Assembly (NCBI GenBank): GCA_030141605.1
Contig: JAQGDQ010002370.1
Span: forward strand, 213,167 to 277,166
Direction of reading: 5' to 3'
Length of the DNA stretch: 64,000 nucleotides
Source of the DNA: Tubiluchus corallicola
Lineage: Eukaryota; Animalia; Priapulida
The stretch's first letter is position 1; every line of letters starts with the position of its first letter. Under the pieces are notes generated by a model. The model made no database searches. It saw only the letters and a program-made list of their open reading frames with translations, and had not been told where the DNA came from. Shown here piece after piece: positions 1-12,673 of the stretch. A program made the position numbers and the translations under genes.

Positions 1-1357
1 CGTCGGCAAGTAGATTCTCAAGCAGGCGCAGGTACTACATTTCGTTTTTGGTGTATATTCATTCGCCGAATAAATACACTATTTACTGCAAATGGTAATT
101 TTTTATGATCTATAATATTCTTTTAATGTAAGAATTAATATTTTTAATATATTTTTATACATTTTGTGATTTTTTAAGCAAAATTCATCAAATCTATACA
201 TTACTGTACAATACGTACTATGCATACGTAAAATACTTTAGACGGAGTACCGCAAAAACCCGTGAAGCAGCGAAAGTATCGCAATAAATATTTTACATTA
301 ATACTTTTTGAAAACCCGTGGAACAGCGAGACTGCGATAAAGGAACCGCGAAGTAGTGAAGGAACACTGTATTTTTGTATAACTGAAAAATCATTTTCAG
401 TAGCTAAGATCCAGATTTGCTTTATCACTAAGAAAAATTTCACCCTACAGATTCAGGTTGTATAATAGAGTTTTCATTTTCATGCTGAACTTTGATCTCA
501 AGACACTCAAAAATAATTTAAGTGCAAATGCAAGTAAGGATATCTATAATTTTACGTTTACAACAAGTTCGTTTAGCAGCAGATTTTTTCTGTTGGAGAT
601 CAGCATTCTGGTCTTAAGGTAACAACGCCTAATCTTTCTCATAAAAGCTTGACACCATGCATATATCCTTGAGCAAAATAATTAAAACTCGTTTCTTGTA
701 GTCAGTTAAGTATAACAGAGATACATTTTCTGGAACAAGAGACAAATCGTTACAATGTTTCCTGTTTTCCCCTATATTTATAGTTATTCTCTAAGGTGGC
801 TAAGGCAGTGGCTGTCAGCCAGCGATTGTGAGACAAAAACCGGGGAGGCATGGCTTAGTAATGTAATTCTGCCAACTGTGATCTGTGATCAGTCAATATC
901 TAAAAGGCTTTAATTTCTGGCTTTAATTTTGCCACACCACACTAATATATTTTAGAGGTGTAAATGGGCATATACATTTGTGTATTTATTATGGTCTGTT
1001 TTTATTTTTTTGCTCCATTTGAGAAGGTAGAGAAGGTCAAAAGAGATGGTTCAAATAAATAAATAACAATTATCGAGCAATATTGTGCTTTATCACAGTT
1101 ATGCTCAGTTAAAGTTTCAGAAATATGTGCCTAAAAGACTGAGCATCCATCACACGAGAACACAACACAGCCATTATAACAATTCAATTTTGCAACTTAA
1201 AAACACATACAACTTTTAAGATGAAGTACAAAAAGCACGAAAACACTCAATAACAACTATAAATTGTAACATGAATTTTAAAAAATATTTTATGTTCTAT
1301 AAACGCCTTTTTTTTACTTCAGCAATGTCTTTTTAACATTAGAAGCATAAGCATTAC

Positions 1358-4300
1358 CTGATTTCTCCAAAGACACTTCCAGAATGCAAAGTAGCCAGAA
1401 CAATGTCATTTTTCTCTCCTCCCATAACTTGAACCTGGCCATTGTTTACAATGTACATTTCGTGCCCTACATCTCCCTAAAGACACAAGTGAAACCTTTG
1501 CATGTTTTTGCTAAATAAAATACTATTTACGGACCATGTAATAATTTCAGAATTATTTCATCAAAACAGCCAAAAAAGGAACTAGCAGGATTGTATTTTT
1601 GTCAGTGTCAAGATGTGCATGAATAAAAATGTTTGTTTCTAACAAGTCAGCTCAAGAAAGGTTTGCTTAATATTTATATAATGATATTGTTCAGTGTTAA
1701 ATTCTACAAAATAATGCTGATTTAGATTTATATAAAAAATAAACAGTACCTTTCTGCAGACCAAATCACCAGGCAGATATAACACGGGGCGCAATCGTAA
1801 CACTAGCACTCGAAGCAGCCCTTTTTCACAGTCCTGGAAATTTAATAAGAAACTACAGAAAATGAGAATGCAGTAACAAACATTATATTGTTAAGTGAAT
1901 AAATGTAAGTTTATAAATTAATCATAAAATAGTATTATTGTAAAACAACACCCATCATTGTTTGTAAATGCTCCAAAATTTTTTTAGTGATTTCCAGATA
2001 GCAATTGATGGTACAATTTTTTTAAAAAAATTATGGTTTATATCTTATACTTAATTTGCAAAAATTTTTAATGCGAATTTAATTTTAAATACAGATCTGT
2101 CAACTGAAAATATTTAGTGATTAAATCAAAACGTTCTGTTTTAAATAAATTATTGAAGTAAACAAGTGAAGTATTGCAAACATTAGAATAATTTGTTTAC
2201 AAATGCTCACAATTAAATTTTATGTAAAGTAACATATGACTTGAAAAAGATAACAAACACATAAAAAATTGCACGACTGAAAAGTTGTAAAAATATAAAT
2301 ACAGCAGTGATAATCATCGTGCTGTTAAATAATCATAAAGAACAAACACCTAAAATTACCTGAAACAGTTGAACTTTGCTCAGTGTTTGAAAATGAACAT
2401 TTATAGCCATATCTGTTCTCATCTTCAATGGCAGAATTTGAAGGGCTGCATTCTCGTCTAGAAAAGAAGGCAATCACTAGACTGCGTAAAAGGCAGAACC
2501 ATAACAGAATCACTACCACAGGCACAAACCAGAAATATTCAAGCGGAGAGAATATAATTTTAATGTTCAAAATGTACATTGGTGATAATTTCTCAATGTT
2601 ATAGTCATTTTAATCTCTCTTCTATCTCTGCATTTATGTAGATATGGGACTTGTTCAATTTGTTACTTGAACTGATACTGTAAATGTTACATGCATATAT
2701 CTTGCAAAAACGAAAATTTTTCTTACAATTATTATTAGACATACAGCAATTAAATATAAAATAAATGCAGCACAATGTAGCAGAAAAAAACCGGCAAAAC
2801 ACCAGAAAATATCAGATGTAAAAACCAGAGATTCAGAGTTACAAACTTTTTAAGTTTTGTTAGAGAAAAGTTTCTTTCAGAAATGCGAAAAATTATGTTA
2901 AAAAATAAAAACACACTCAATGTTTTCTGCTGTTCCCAGTTATAGTTAAACCACAGTCTGACTCGATCCTGAAGGTCTGAAGGAACTTTCAGATTCTGCA
3001 TATAGTTTATGGTTATATCCATAGTCTTTCGATATTCAGTCTTTGTCATTCTTGCAGCTTGGAAAATATCCCTAACCTAAAAGTGCAAAATGCGCTTACA
3101 CAAATACTGAAAAGCAAAATACGAAACCAAAATATTAACAGCTATAGCTATTCACTATTCTTGGAAATGTGAATGTTCGTTGTTTAGGGTATGTAATGAA
3201 CAACAGTTATAGTATAACAGTAAAATAACGAATTAATTTAAATCTCCAATGAAAGCAGGCAGAACTGCAAAACATTTCAATATTTATTTAACATGATGCT
3301 TCAAAAGAATTATATCAAAATAAAAATAACCTTTGCATATACAATTGAATACATACAGAAATGTTCAAGTATGCATTCAATTGTACAGGTAAGGAGTATT
3401 TTAATTATAGTTTAATTTTGTTGCAGTCCCAAAATTATGCTAGAAGCTTATTCCAAGATTTCATGTTAAATAAATGATTGGAGATTTGTTTCAGCGCAAC
3501 ATTGAAATAGTTCACTGACAGTGAATAATTTGCAAGCCAAAATGTATGTAGAAATGTACCTGACCAATAAGTAAAGCAAAGACGAAAACTCCTAGTAACC
3601 AAGACACTGTCATGTACAAGAACTCATTTAACTGTTCTGGTTTTGGATTATTTCCTATAGATGTTGCTGTTTTAGTTGCAAAGTAGAAGCATCGTATATA
3701 CCTGTAATCCAGTAACATAAGTTACAAGGCAAAGAAAAAACAGAATACTGAGCTACATAATAAGAATCAACATTCCACAAACATATAGGTAGCAGCACAT
3801 TTGTAGTATTATTATTATAAAAGCAGACTGAACAATCATTGCTCAGCATATAGACATTTTTCTGTATTGTCATAAGACGACTTGCATTACCAATTTAAAA
3901 CTTTTCATAATTTAATTAATTTAATTATTGAAGGCAAAAAATTTGTATTTTATATGCTGATCTCAAAACCTAGTTAATTATGCTAATATCATTAAATAAT
4001 CAGCGGTGGCCATTTGACATTATTTTCCAGCTTTTTACTGTGCTTCTTTTTAAGAAGTTGGCAAGATGGTAAACTTACGCGTTGCCTTCATTTTTGTGTA
4101 TCCAGTCAGATACAATTCCCTGGTTTCTTTCATATTCAGAGAAAGCATAGAATGCACAGGTTTGTATATGAATCATAAATAGCATGTAAGTGAAGGTTTT
4201 GAAAACTCGTATGGCATGTGGAGCTTTTGCCACTGCATCAAATCTTGTGTAGAATTCCCAAAATGTCTGTATCTAAGGTTATACAATAAAATAAAATAGT

Positions 4301-7300
4301 AAAATTTACTTAGATAGCACAATGGAAAACAGTAAAATTTCTTTAGGTGATATACCGGAAGAAACAGCAGAAAAGTGCAAAAAGAGCATGTAGTTTATAA
4401 AGTGAAAATCTACAATGTTTCTAGCGTGAAATAACACTGGCAAATTTTTCAAGATAATGAGGAAATGAAGCTTGAGCATTACATAGTATGAACGGGAAAA
4501 CAACTAATATTAGGTGGCATATAAAAATGTGCTGAAGTTTTGATCATGATATTACAAGAAAATAATGCAATCGCATGCAAATTACATCATTGATGTTACA
4601 GATGCTTATGTATAAATGCCAAAAATCTTAGGTCATCACCTTACATTTTTCGAAAAATACAGACAAGTCAGAAAATAAATGCCAGAAAGATCTTTGTAGT
4701 GCTCCATGTGTCCGCCATTTAGAATGCAAACTGGTGGAAGCATTTCTTCCAACAACATTCAATAATTTTTGTCTTTGTTCCGTGCATCAAACTGCTCTGT
4801 ACAACCCACATACACTTTCTCTTATGAGTGCTTTATTTTTGTGAAGACCATGCTGCAAACTGGTTGATTTCTTTTTCGTTTTGTTGCATCTGTCACATTT
4901 TATACATCAACGTTGTTTTTCAATTGTTGATTAACTGACATTGTTCAGAAATTTAAATTGTTAACAAACAAGTTTTTGGTCATAAATAAAAGACTACCAA
5001 AGCTATAAACTTGTAATTTTTACAGCCAAAACTAAATGTATTTTCTAAACCTGTACATTTTTTCTGTGCTACCTGAAACATAACTGTATTAAAAGTATCC
5101 TGGAGACCGTAATCTTACATTCTGTCAAAACTGCTATACCAGTAGAATGATAGTAACTATGAAAAGGGAAATATAACAAACAATAAATGATATGAAAAAA
5201 AATATCCGTGTGTTATCACATTTTACACTTCTTCTACATAAATTTTTCACTAATGCAAATGTACAGTTGTGAAAATGTACACTAAAATAACCAAATTACT
5301 GTATTTTAAACTAAAATAACCTTAAGTAATCTTGGTAGTCGAAGCATAGGTTTCACTCCCACAGCCAAATACAGGATATCCAAAGGTAGCAGACTCGCAA
5401 CATCACACTAAAATATGTACAAAATATTGAAATTGGGTAACTTGAACTTATTCAAGAGTATTCAACAAACAATGTACAGTCAATGTGAGTAAACATGGCT
5501 ATAGCAATAACAACATAGTAACAAAACTACATAAAAATACAGCTTAATTGATGATGAATCCTAGTGCTCATAAAGTCTGCTAAAATTATGCACTAAAGAC
5601 ATTTCGCTAATGTGTAATTATTTAAAACTTAAAAGGGTATAAATATGGCCTCAAAATTGCCAATCGATATATAATTACACTTGCCGAAACATCTATCTCT
5701 AACAAAATCATACCTTGAAATTTGTTGTCTTCACATAGTTTTTTTCCATTGCCTTTCGATCATCCTAAATAAATAATTATTTTGTGAAAGTGGTGACATG
5801 ATTGAAAAATATAGTGTTCCATTTCTGTTATTGATGCAGCTACAGTTCTCATTCATACTAACACATCTAATCTTGCAAACAATTCAAAATTTAAAATGTA
5901 ACAAATCTGCTAATGCGCCTCACTTGTTAAAACAACACTTGTTCAGATTCTATTAAGCCAGAGAAACGGTTTATTTGTTAGTATTGCTAAAGTCCATTGT
6001 GGTTGCTAGTAAGCATGAATGAAAAGATTATGTGATCAATATAGGTATTTAAGAAAAGTGTTATATGTTGTATGAACTATAGCTAATAAACTGTACTTAC
6101 CACAAATATGCCTTCATCAAGGAATATGATATGAGATTTGACGATAACAATATCAAGTAGATACAGCAAATCACAAATATAATCTGCGATTAGCCAATAT
6201 GCCCGGTTGCTCTCAGTCTCGTATGGGAACGAAGCCCGTAAAAACATACTCCAACAGTTATATGTGTATGCACAAGTCAGCAGAAACAACCACATTAGAT
6301 ACCATGTACCTGAAACAAGCAGTGTCGTAACACATTACCTGAGTATATACACATCGGGCCACCCAAAAAGCTTTATGTAATTCCAAGTTTAGTAATTTCA
6401 ACAATCAAAATCTTGTATTATTAAGATTTGGCCACACATTAGAAATTGGATGTTACCTGTTAACAGTACAAATTTTAGAAATCCAGATGATAATAACAGC
6501 TAAAGAACCTAAAACACTCTGAAAAAATACAATATGATTGCACACTTGATACACCAGTGTAGGACAGCGTGGAAAGCTTAGCATTACTTTTAACGAGGAG
6601 GTGGTTTTCTATTTTCACAGAGCCAGAGGCACAAAATCAAAAGAAAATTAATTTTCACAAAAAAGTGAATGGATACTTCAATATCCCGAGTACAGTCTGA
6701 TAATGTTTCACGGAGTATTTCATGTGATGTGATATTTGAGGTATTTGATTAACAAACATAAATTCATACTATTATTCAAGTCTTTACCTTGAGGATCTAT
6801 GGCAAGTTTCTTAGGAACTTTGCACCGTAAAAATCCAGGGAGTTTTAACTTTCGCCCTAATATGTCCACATACAGTGGCTCCTCCTGTCTGTGTAGGGTA
6901 TCTTCTATGAAAGAGTCAAAACGTTGAGGCTGCTTCTTTGTTTCAACTTCAGCTGCAATGAAAATCCTATTTTACAATGTTGTACTGCAGTCAAAAGAAT
7001 ATTGTATGGCTGATTACATTGATTTTAGCAGCTTAAAAATTTTGAGTAACATACGTGTTGACCTCCCGCTGTCTGATTCAGTGGGAGTTGGTGGTTGTGC
7101 TACTCTCTCTTTGATTCTCCATGCTCGCTCAGAAAATGCGTTAACGAGATTGCGAATGCGTTCATGAACTACATCGCTTTTCTCCTCTCCAATGCTACAA
7201 ACCAATTTAATTAAAACATATAATTCTATAAAACATTCAAAATATATACAATTAGGGCTCTAATAAATAATATACCTAATTTTAATCAAATTGTTAAGAT

Positions 7301-10300
7301 GGGTATGTAATGAAGTTAATGAACAATTAAAATTTTCTTGATCAGGATATGTAATTATACAAGAATTACTACAAAACTACGGATTGATAGTTTGATACTC
7401 TATTGTTTGAAACAAAGTGAATACATTTGTTCTGGAAATCAATACAGCTTATATGGCATCATCATCATCATCGTCATCATCATCATCATCATCATCATTA
7501 TCATCACCACCACCACCACTAAAACCATCACCACTACCACCATCACCACCTCCACCACTACCACCACCACCACCACCACAACCACCATCAGCAGAAGCAG
7601 TCATAATGCATTTTTGCATGGAAAGTTAAGCTTCAAACGTTCTTAGCAAGCAATTCGAAAAAAATATATATTTGAGCAAATATCCAGTAACAATAAAATA
7701 AGCATGTTAGACAGCAGTATTAACTAATATCTAAACATTTCAAACATGGATGATAATGTAAAAGTTCTGTTTCAGAAGGCAAAAAACAGACGACTAAAAC
7801 AATTAATCGTAATTAAGTAAATCATAAGAAAGCTAAAAACAGCTATCTTTCATGCTTATGTCATTTATTAAGATATACGGAATGTCAGGAAATGATAGCC
7901 CTGCTACATTAAAGCGGAAGCGCAAGTACAAAAAAAACACATTTTTTCATATTCTATTCATAATAATAATAATCATCATTCAATCCATTTTTAAAAATTC
8001 ATTCCACTTTTTATTATCAAAAATTAAAAATCAACCAAGTTATTGAAGAAGTGAATCTTGACACTACTCTCATTGAAAAACTAAAATGAATTGTACTCTT
8101 GCCTATTTATGGCCTTCAGAGATGCGAAGGGCAGCAGTACTATATATACTAAAAATATTAAAATAAGTTAATTTAATGCTCTTTGTCATGGTAATGTCAA
8201 TTGTTATCCTCTCCTTGGGGGCTAATTATTCCCTGACACCCTTACATTATTATGCAGAAAACTTACACTGATGATAAGGATTTTAAAGAACGGGTACTGC
8301 CTGCAGACCGACTTCGAGCTAGCCTAGAGATAGATTTCCACGACTGCTTGTGGGTATGATCCGCTGAAAGTGAATCGATGCTGACAGTGGCACGAAGAGA
8401 TTTGCGCTTCCATACAGAAATTGCAGACTTTCCAGAAGATGTCACAGATGCCTGACTACCACGTCTCAAAACTGAAAACAAATGAAAAATAGATGACATT
8501 TTTCGTCACTGTACACTGCTTTACAAAGTGCTTAGTAAGTGTTTTATAATATAAATGCCATACCTATGACTGAGGTTTTTTAGCAGTAGCTTATTTATTT
8601 TGGTATGTTTTAAGTATAAAAGCGGATATTGTTTTATAAATTCACATTCCAGACTTGGAAAATTTATAGGTACGTATTTGATAGAATATGTTTGACACTG
8701 TAAAGATCTGTAATATAACAAAAGTTACACATCTAGGAAATGATCTGAAATAACTGGAAAGGCAGCTCTCTAGTTTTTCAACTTTTTCTGGAAGCTTTCA
8801 TATTTTTTCACTTCTTTCAAAGGTAAGTTTGCTGCCAAGCCGCTCAATAATATTTTTACAGACCACAAATTAACAAGCTAAAAAAGTCAGCTGTTTGTAA
8901 GGTACATTAAAATCCCTGTTTTAAATTTATTTGTTTAAAATTACTAATATTTTGAGTTATTATGCTTCAAAAATGTGATTCAGCTTGACAACTGCTTTGT
9001 GTAACAAACAAACAGCAATAAAGAATGGATATATAGAAGAACAAATAAATAAGTTGTTGGACAAACAAAACAGCCTCCAAAATAAAAATTTTTTGCACTG
9101 AATAATTTTTCTGTTTCTTCTACAGTCTTGAGTATAATCCACTTGAAATAACAAATATTATCTACACTTAAGTGTTCTGATAAGTTAACTTAGGCAATGC
9201 CAACGCAAACAGGTATTGATTAATGAAACCACATTAGGGCTGGATTTCAAGTATTGCCCAGGCAACAGGTTCTGGAGCACGATCAATACCAGTTGCCATG
9301 GTAATCCATCAGAAAGAAGCACAATGTTGAATGAAGCCACAAGCCACAGGACATGCAATACAATTATCTGTATACATTATTATCATTTGTCCATTATGCT
9401 ACAATATGACTATTATTGTGGCCAAAAATTGTCTTAAAAACCCAATCTAAAGTTGATTTGGAAACTGTGATTTAAAGATATAAAAAGTTTTTATGAAATT
9501 TTGTATCTTTAAAGAATAAAATCCTTTGTACTGTATATAATTCAAAACATGTTTGTTTAGAATAGTAATTTTATCGTAGTACTGAATAACACTAGTAGTA
9601 CTAGTCTTTATAAACATCATTTATTTAAAAAGTAAATTCTACTAAAAAAATTTTTAGGCAATGAATCTCAGAGCAGCATAGCCTTAGGAATACGTATTAT
9701 TGAAGAATTTGAATTTTGTCTCTGAAGAACCACATACGCTTGTATTTCTATCCACCACTTTATACAAATAATAGGTTATAGTCAAATGGAGTCAAATTCT
9801 AGCTTGTTAGACCAATGTGGAATCAATACTAAAATTATGTCTAAAGATAATCTTGAAAAAGATTTTGTTTTACCAGTTACGTTTTCACCAGAAATTCATG
9901 TGTCTTCATTTTCAAATTTAATGCTCGTGTTGAACTGCATACATACGAGAGACTTGAGAACCAGGTACAGCTAATGTGTCGTGAGCTCCACTGATGCCAC
10001 CAGATATATTACTCCCTCTCCGGACAGTGCTGACAGAACCATTGCTATTGCTGTGCCCATCAGCTTCCTCTTTTACTGTTACCGTCCGTCCCGTCTCCAC
10101 ATTTTCAAAGGAAAAAATGGGATTATCTATTCCTCTAAAAATGATGAGAATAATGGACATAAATAAATACAGGAATGCTACATACTAGCATGAAATTAGA
10201 AAATATTAGAAAATTGCGATGAATGAGCACTGCATATATATTAGTTAAGTTTATTAAATAAATTGCAAAACTTTCTGTTACAATACCAGTGTTATAGAGT

Positions 10301-10602
10301 TATTGACTTTACTGCCTTGAAAATCTTAAGTGGCAATACTTACATACTAATAACATACTAAAATAAATTCATGATGACTAAATTTACGCAACTGGCTAAA
10401 AAAGTTTGAAAAATAATACCTTATGAAATTCAAAAATGATTTTGTTCTAGAAGTAAAGTAATGATTTGCCCAACCACAAACAAACTGACCTATTTGAAGG
10501 ACTTTCCTTTGTTCCTGGAAAACCATGCACTTGAATAGCTGGAGCATTGCCAATGTCAGCTTCATTCTTAATCAACTCTGCAGTATCTTCTACTTTTGCC
10601 AT
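1358..10602 (-). CDS. CNGB: Cyclic nucleotide-gated cation channel beta subunit (CNGB1/CNGB3/TAX-2-like); 3' end lies outside the window
   Basis: Phase-consistent GT-AG exons 5'->3': 10602-10490 ([10 protein letters not shown]..), 10134-9947, 8471-8267, 7194-7055 ([21 protein letters not shown], like CNGB1 [21 protein letters not shown]), 6952-6788 (..LAIDPQ), 6309-6101 (S1-S2 [28 protein letters not shown]), 5764-5714, 5407-5321 (S3-S4 [21 protein letters not shown]), 4272-4079 (S5), 3701-3560 (pore [16 protein letters not shown] plus S6 [11 protein letters not shown]), 3076-2917 and 2457-2360 (C-linker), 1833-1750 and 1476-1358 ([31 protein letters not shown]). About 651 codons in the window. 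The pore lacks the Glu of alpha subunits (TTIGETP), indicating the beta type. Confidence 0.93.
4511..5075 (-). mobile_element. Internally deleted Tc1/mariner-like DNA transposon relic in a CNGB intron
   Basis: Imperfect terminal inverted repeats TAGGTGGCATATAAAAATGT (4511-4530) and ACATTTTTTCTGTGCTACCTG (5055-5075). Frameshifted minus-strand remnants EKVY... and [11 protein letters not shown] (about 4820-4700) resemble the Tc1/mariner transposase C-terminus (LK.KVY ... CI..NGGHFEH). Confidence 0.5.
7457..7590. repeat. Compound (CAT)n/(CAC)n trinucleotide microsatellite in a CNGB intron
   Basis: Directly visible; explains the poly-Ile/Thr and poly-Ser/Pro ORFs in the track. Confidence 0.95.
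9184..9305. promoter_or_regulatory. Cluster of RFX X-box-like motifs in a CNGB intron
   Basis: GTTGCCATGGTAAT (9292-9305), ATTGCCCAGGCAAC (9253-9266, reverse complement GTTGCCTGGGCAAT) and weaker GTTAACTTAGGCAAT (9184-9198), compared with the RFX consensus GTTGCCATGGCAAC. Motif match only, no functional data. Confidence 0.55.
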
Positions 10603-11142
10603 TCAGTGCAAAAATTTCTTTTCAGTTCCAGCTAAAATATACGGAAGGATCATCGGGGTTATATGAATTTCACATTAAAGTAACTGAAAAGTATGTTTTA
10701 AAACACAATATTTTAAATTATTTAATTGGTGCACAGAATTTAATTTCCCAAGCCACTTAAAATTTTGATAAACTTATAAATTGGCATGAAAAAGTAAGAC
10801 AAACCTAAAGAAACTACTTAAATACTTACTGTCAAGCCATATCTATCAAGAAACCTGCCATGCTTTTCACAGCTCCGTTTCACCCGAAGCAATAATCTAA
10901 TTGCAGGTGCGTCAATAACAGCAGCTCACAAGCTGTAACCATCACATGTGATCAGACAGCTACATGCTCAGGTGAGTTTAACCATCACCATGTAGCTTGG
11001 CCAAAGCCATGCATAGTTCACATGGCCTCTAGGAAGCCACCTGGAAACCCGATTCCTTTACTTGTCAACAGAAAAGTATAAGCAAAGACGTGTAGCTTTG
11101 GTAATGATACATTGCAATGATGCATCACCTCATTTTGTTTTA

Positions 11143-11490
11143 CTTTAGCACAACTCACCTCACTTCATTTCATCTTACCACAGTTCACCTCACCTCATTT
11201 CAGATGACCTCATTTTTCTAATCTAACTCAACCCAATATGATCTACATACACAACCACAGACATCTGGCATAGTAAAGTGGAATCTAACCTAGTCTAGCC
11301 TAATCTACCAATTTTAGTCCAGTCTAGTTTGTCTAGTTTAATCTAACAAAATCTAGTATTATCTGGTCTAGTCTATTCTAGAATCCATCCTAATTAAAGG
11401 TAATTTACTCTGATACAATATAATATAAGTGAAGCTATGATAACATAATCTAATCTAATCTATTCGATATATAAACTAAACTAAACTTAA
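11143..11490. repeat. Degenerate pentanucleotide low-complexity tract (CTCAC/CTCAT, then TCTAA/TCTAG/ACTAA)
   Basis: 5-nt periodicity visible between the MOB4 3' region and the CNGB 5' end. Confidence 0.7.
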
Positions 11491-12673
11491 GAGCACAATC
11501 ATATACATAAAGTAACAGTGGCACATTTTATATTAATTTATACTGAAAACTAATTATTAACATTGATTTTCAAATACAAAATACAACAGTGAAATCACTC
11601 CTGTGATCCACAACACAAGATTGATTCAGCATTAACTGTCAAATGCAATAGGAAGGGCTATGATAACGCTAACTGTAAAAATTGATAATTGACGACTTAA
11701 TCGGAAGTGCAAAGGTACAATTATGTTAATTAGGACAACCCAGCACTACAATGCATAATGTTGTCGCGAACTTTAATGCCAGAACAAAGCAAAAGAAATG
11801 AATCTTGTTTTTCTGTTAATTACATGCAGAATGTGTACATTGTTGCACAATCTTAAAAAACCTTGGCTATGAGTCCTGTTCTTTTCCGTTCATTGTTAAA
11901 GCAATGCAAACTCCAGTGAGAAGATACAAGTCCGATATTTTCAACAGCATACTGTAAATTTTGTTATCATCTTACAATTACGTTTTCTTCAGAGCAGCCA
12001 GGATATTATAAAAACAATACAAATTAATTACCTTGTTTGCAGTTGATGGTTTGACAGAAATATTGCAAAAATAAGCCAATTTTTTTTAGATTAGAAGACA
12101 TATCAGAGATCACTCAGGTCAACTAAGACTAAACTCTGAATTTAATTCAGATAGGCTGCTTACAATAAAGAAAACACACATTTAGTCACGAATTACATAT
12201 TTTTCTTACATCAAATGCCAATGAACTACTTAAGCACAGATTTGCATTTTGAATATTTCTTAGTATATGCAGATGCTTGATAGCAGTACACATGAGTATC
12301 TAGTCTCGATCATTAAAAATAATATCAGGTCCCCTAAAATGAAATGAGACATTGAAGTATTTAACACCATAATCAAAGCTAGGAAGTAAAGCAGAAAATT
12401 ACCAAAAGCATTATCTTCAGAAAATACAACTATTAATAAATAATGTACGTATAATGTACGTAGTGCATGTATAATAAATACATATTTACACAGTTTTAAA
12501 AGTGAATTAACATGCTAAGTTCTTTTTAGAAAAAAAGTAGGTTACACAGAAAAAAAACTTATGTTCAAAACTATACATCAATTTAATAGCCAGTCTATAA
12601 AAATTCGCAATGGAATTTACTAAGAATGAAATTTATATGAATTCCTAAATAAGCCCCTAACTTGTTCACCACT

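Noticed and set aside
1-37. Possible plus-strand exon end (RRQVDSQAGA G|gtacta) nested in the CNGB intron
   Set aside because: Only 31 nt are visible, there is no recognisable family and I found no downstream partner exon.
7338-7646. Poly-Ile/Thr and poly-Ser/Pro ORFs
   Set aside because: Translations of the CAT/CAC microsatellite on the antisense strand of a CNGB intron.
9786-9974. Plus-strand ORF containing MSKDNL, identical to a MOB4 hexapeptide
   Set aside because: No similarity outside six residues, different codons, and it overlaps a CNGB exon antisense; treated as coincidence.
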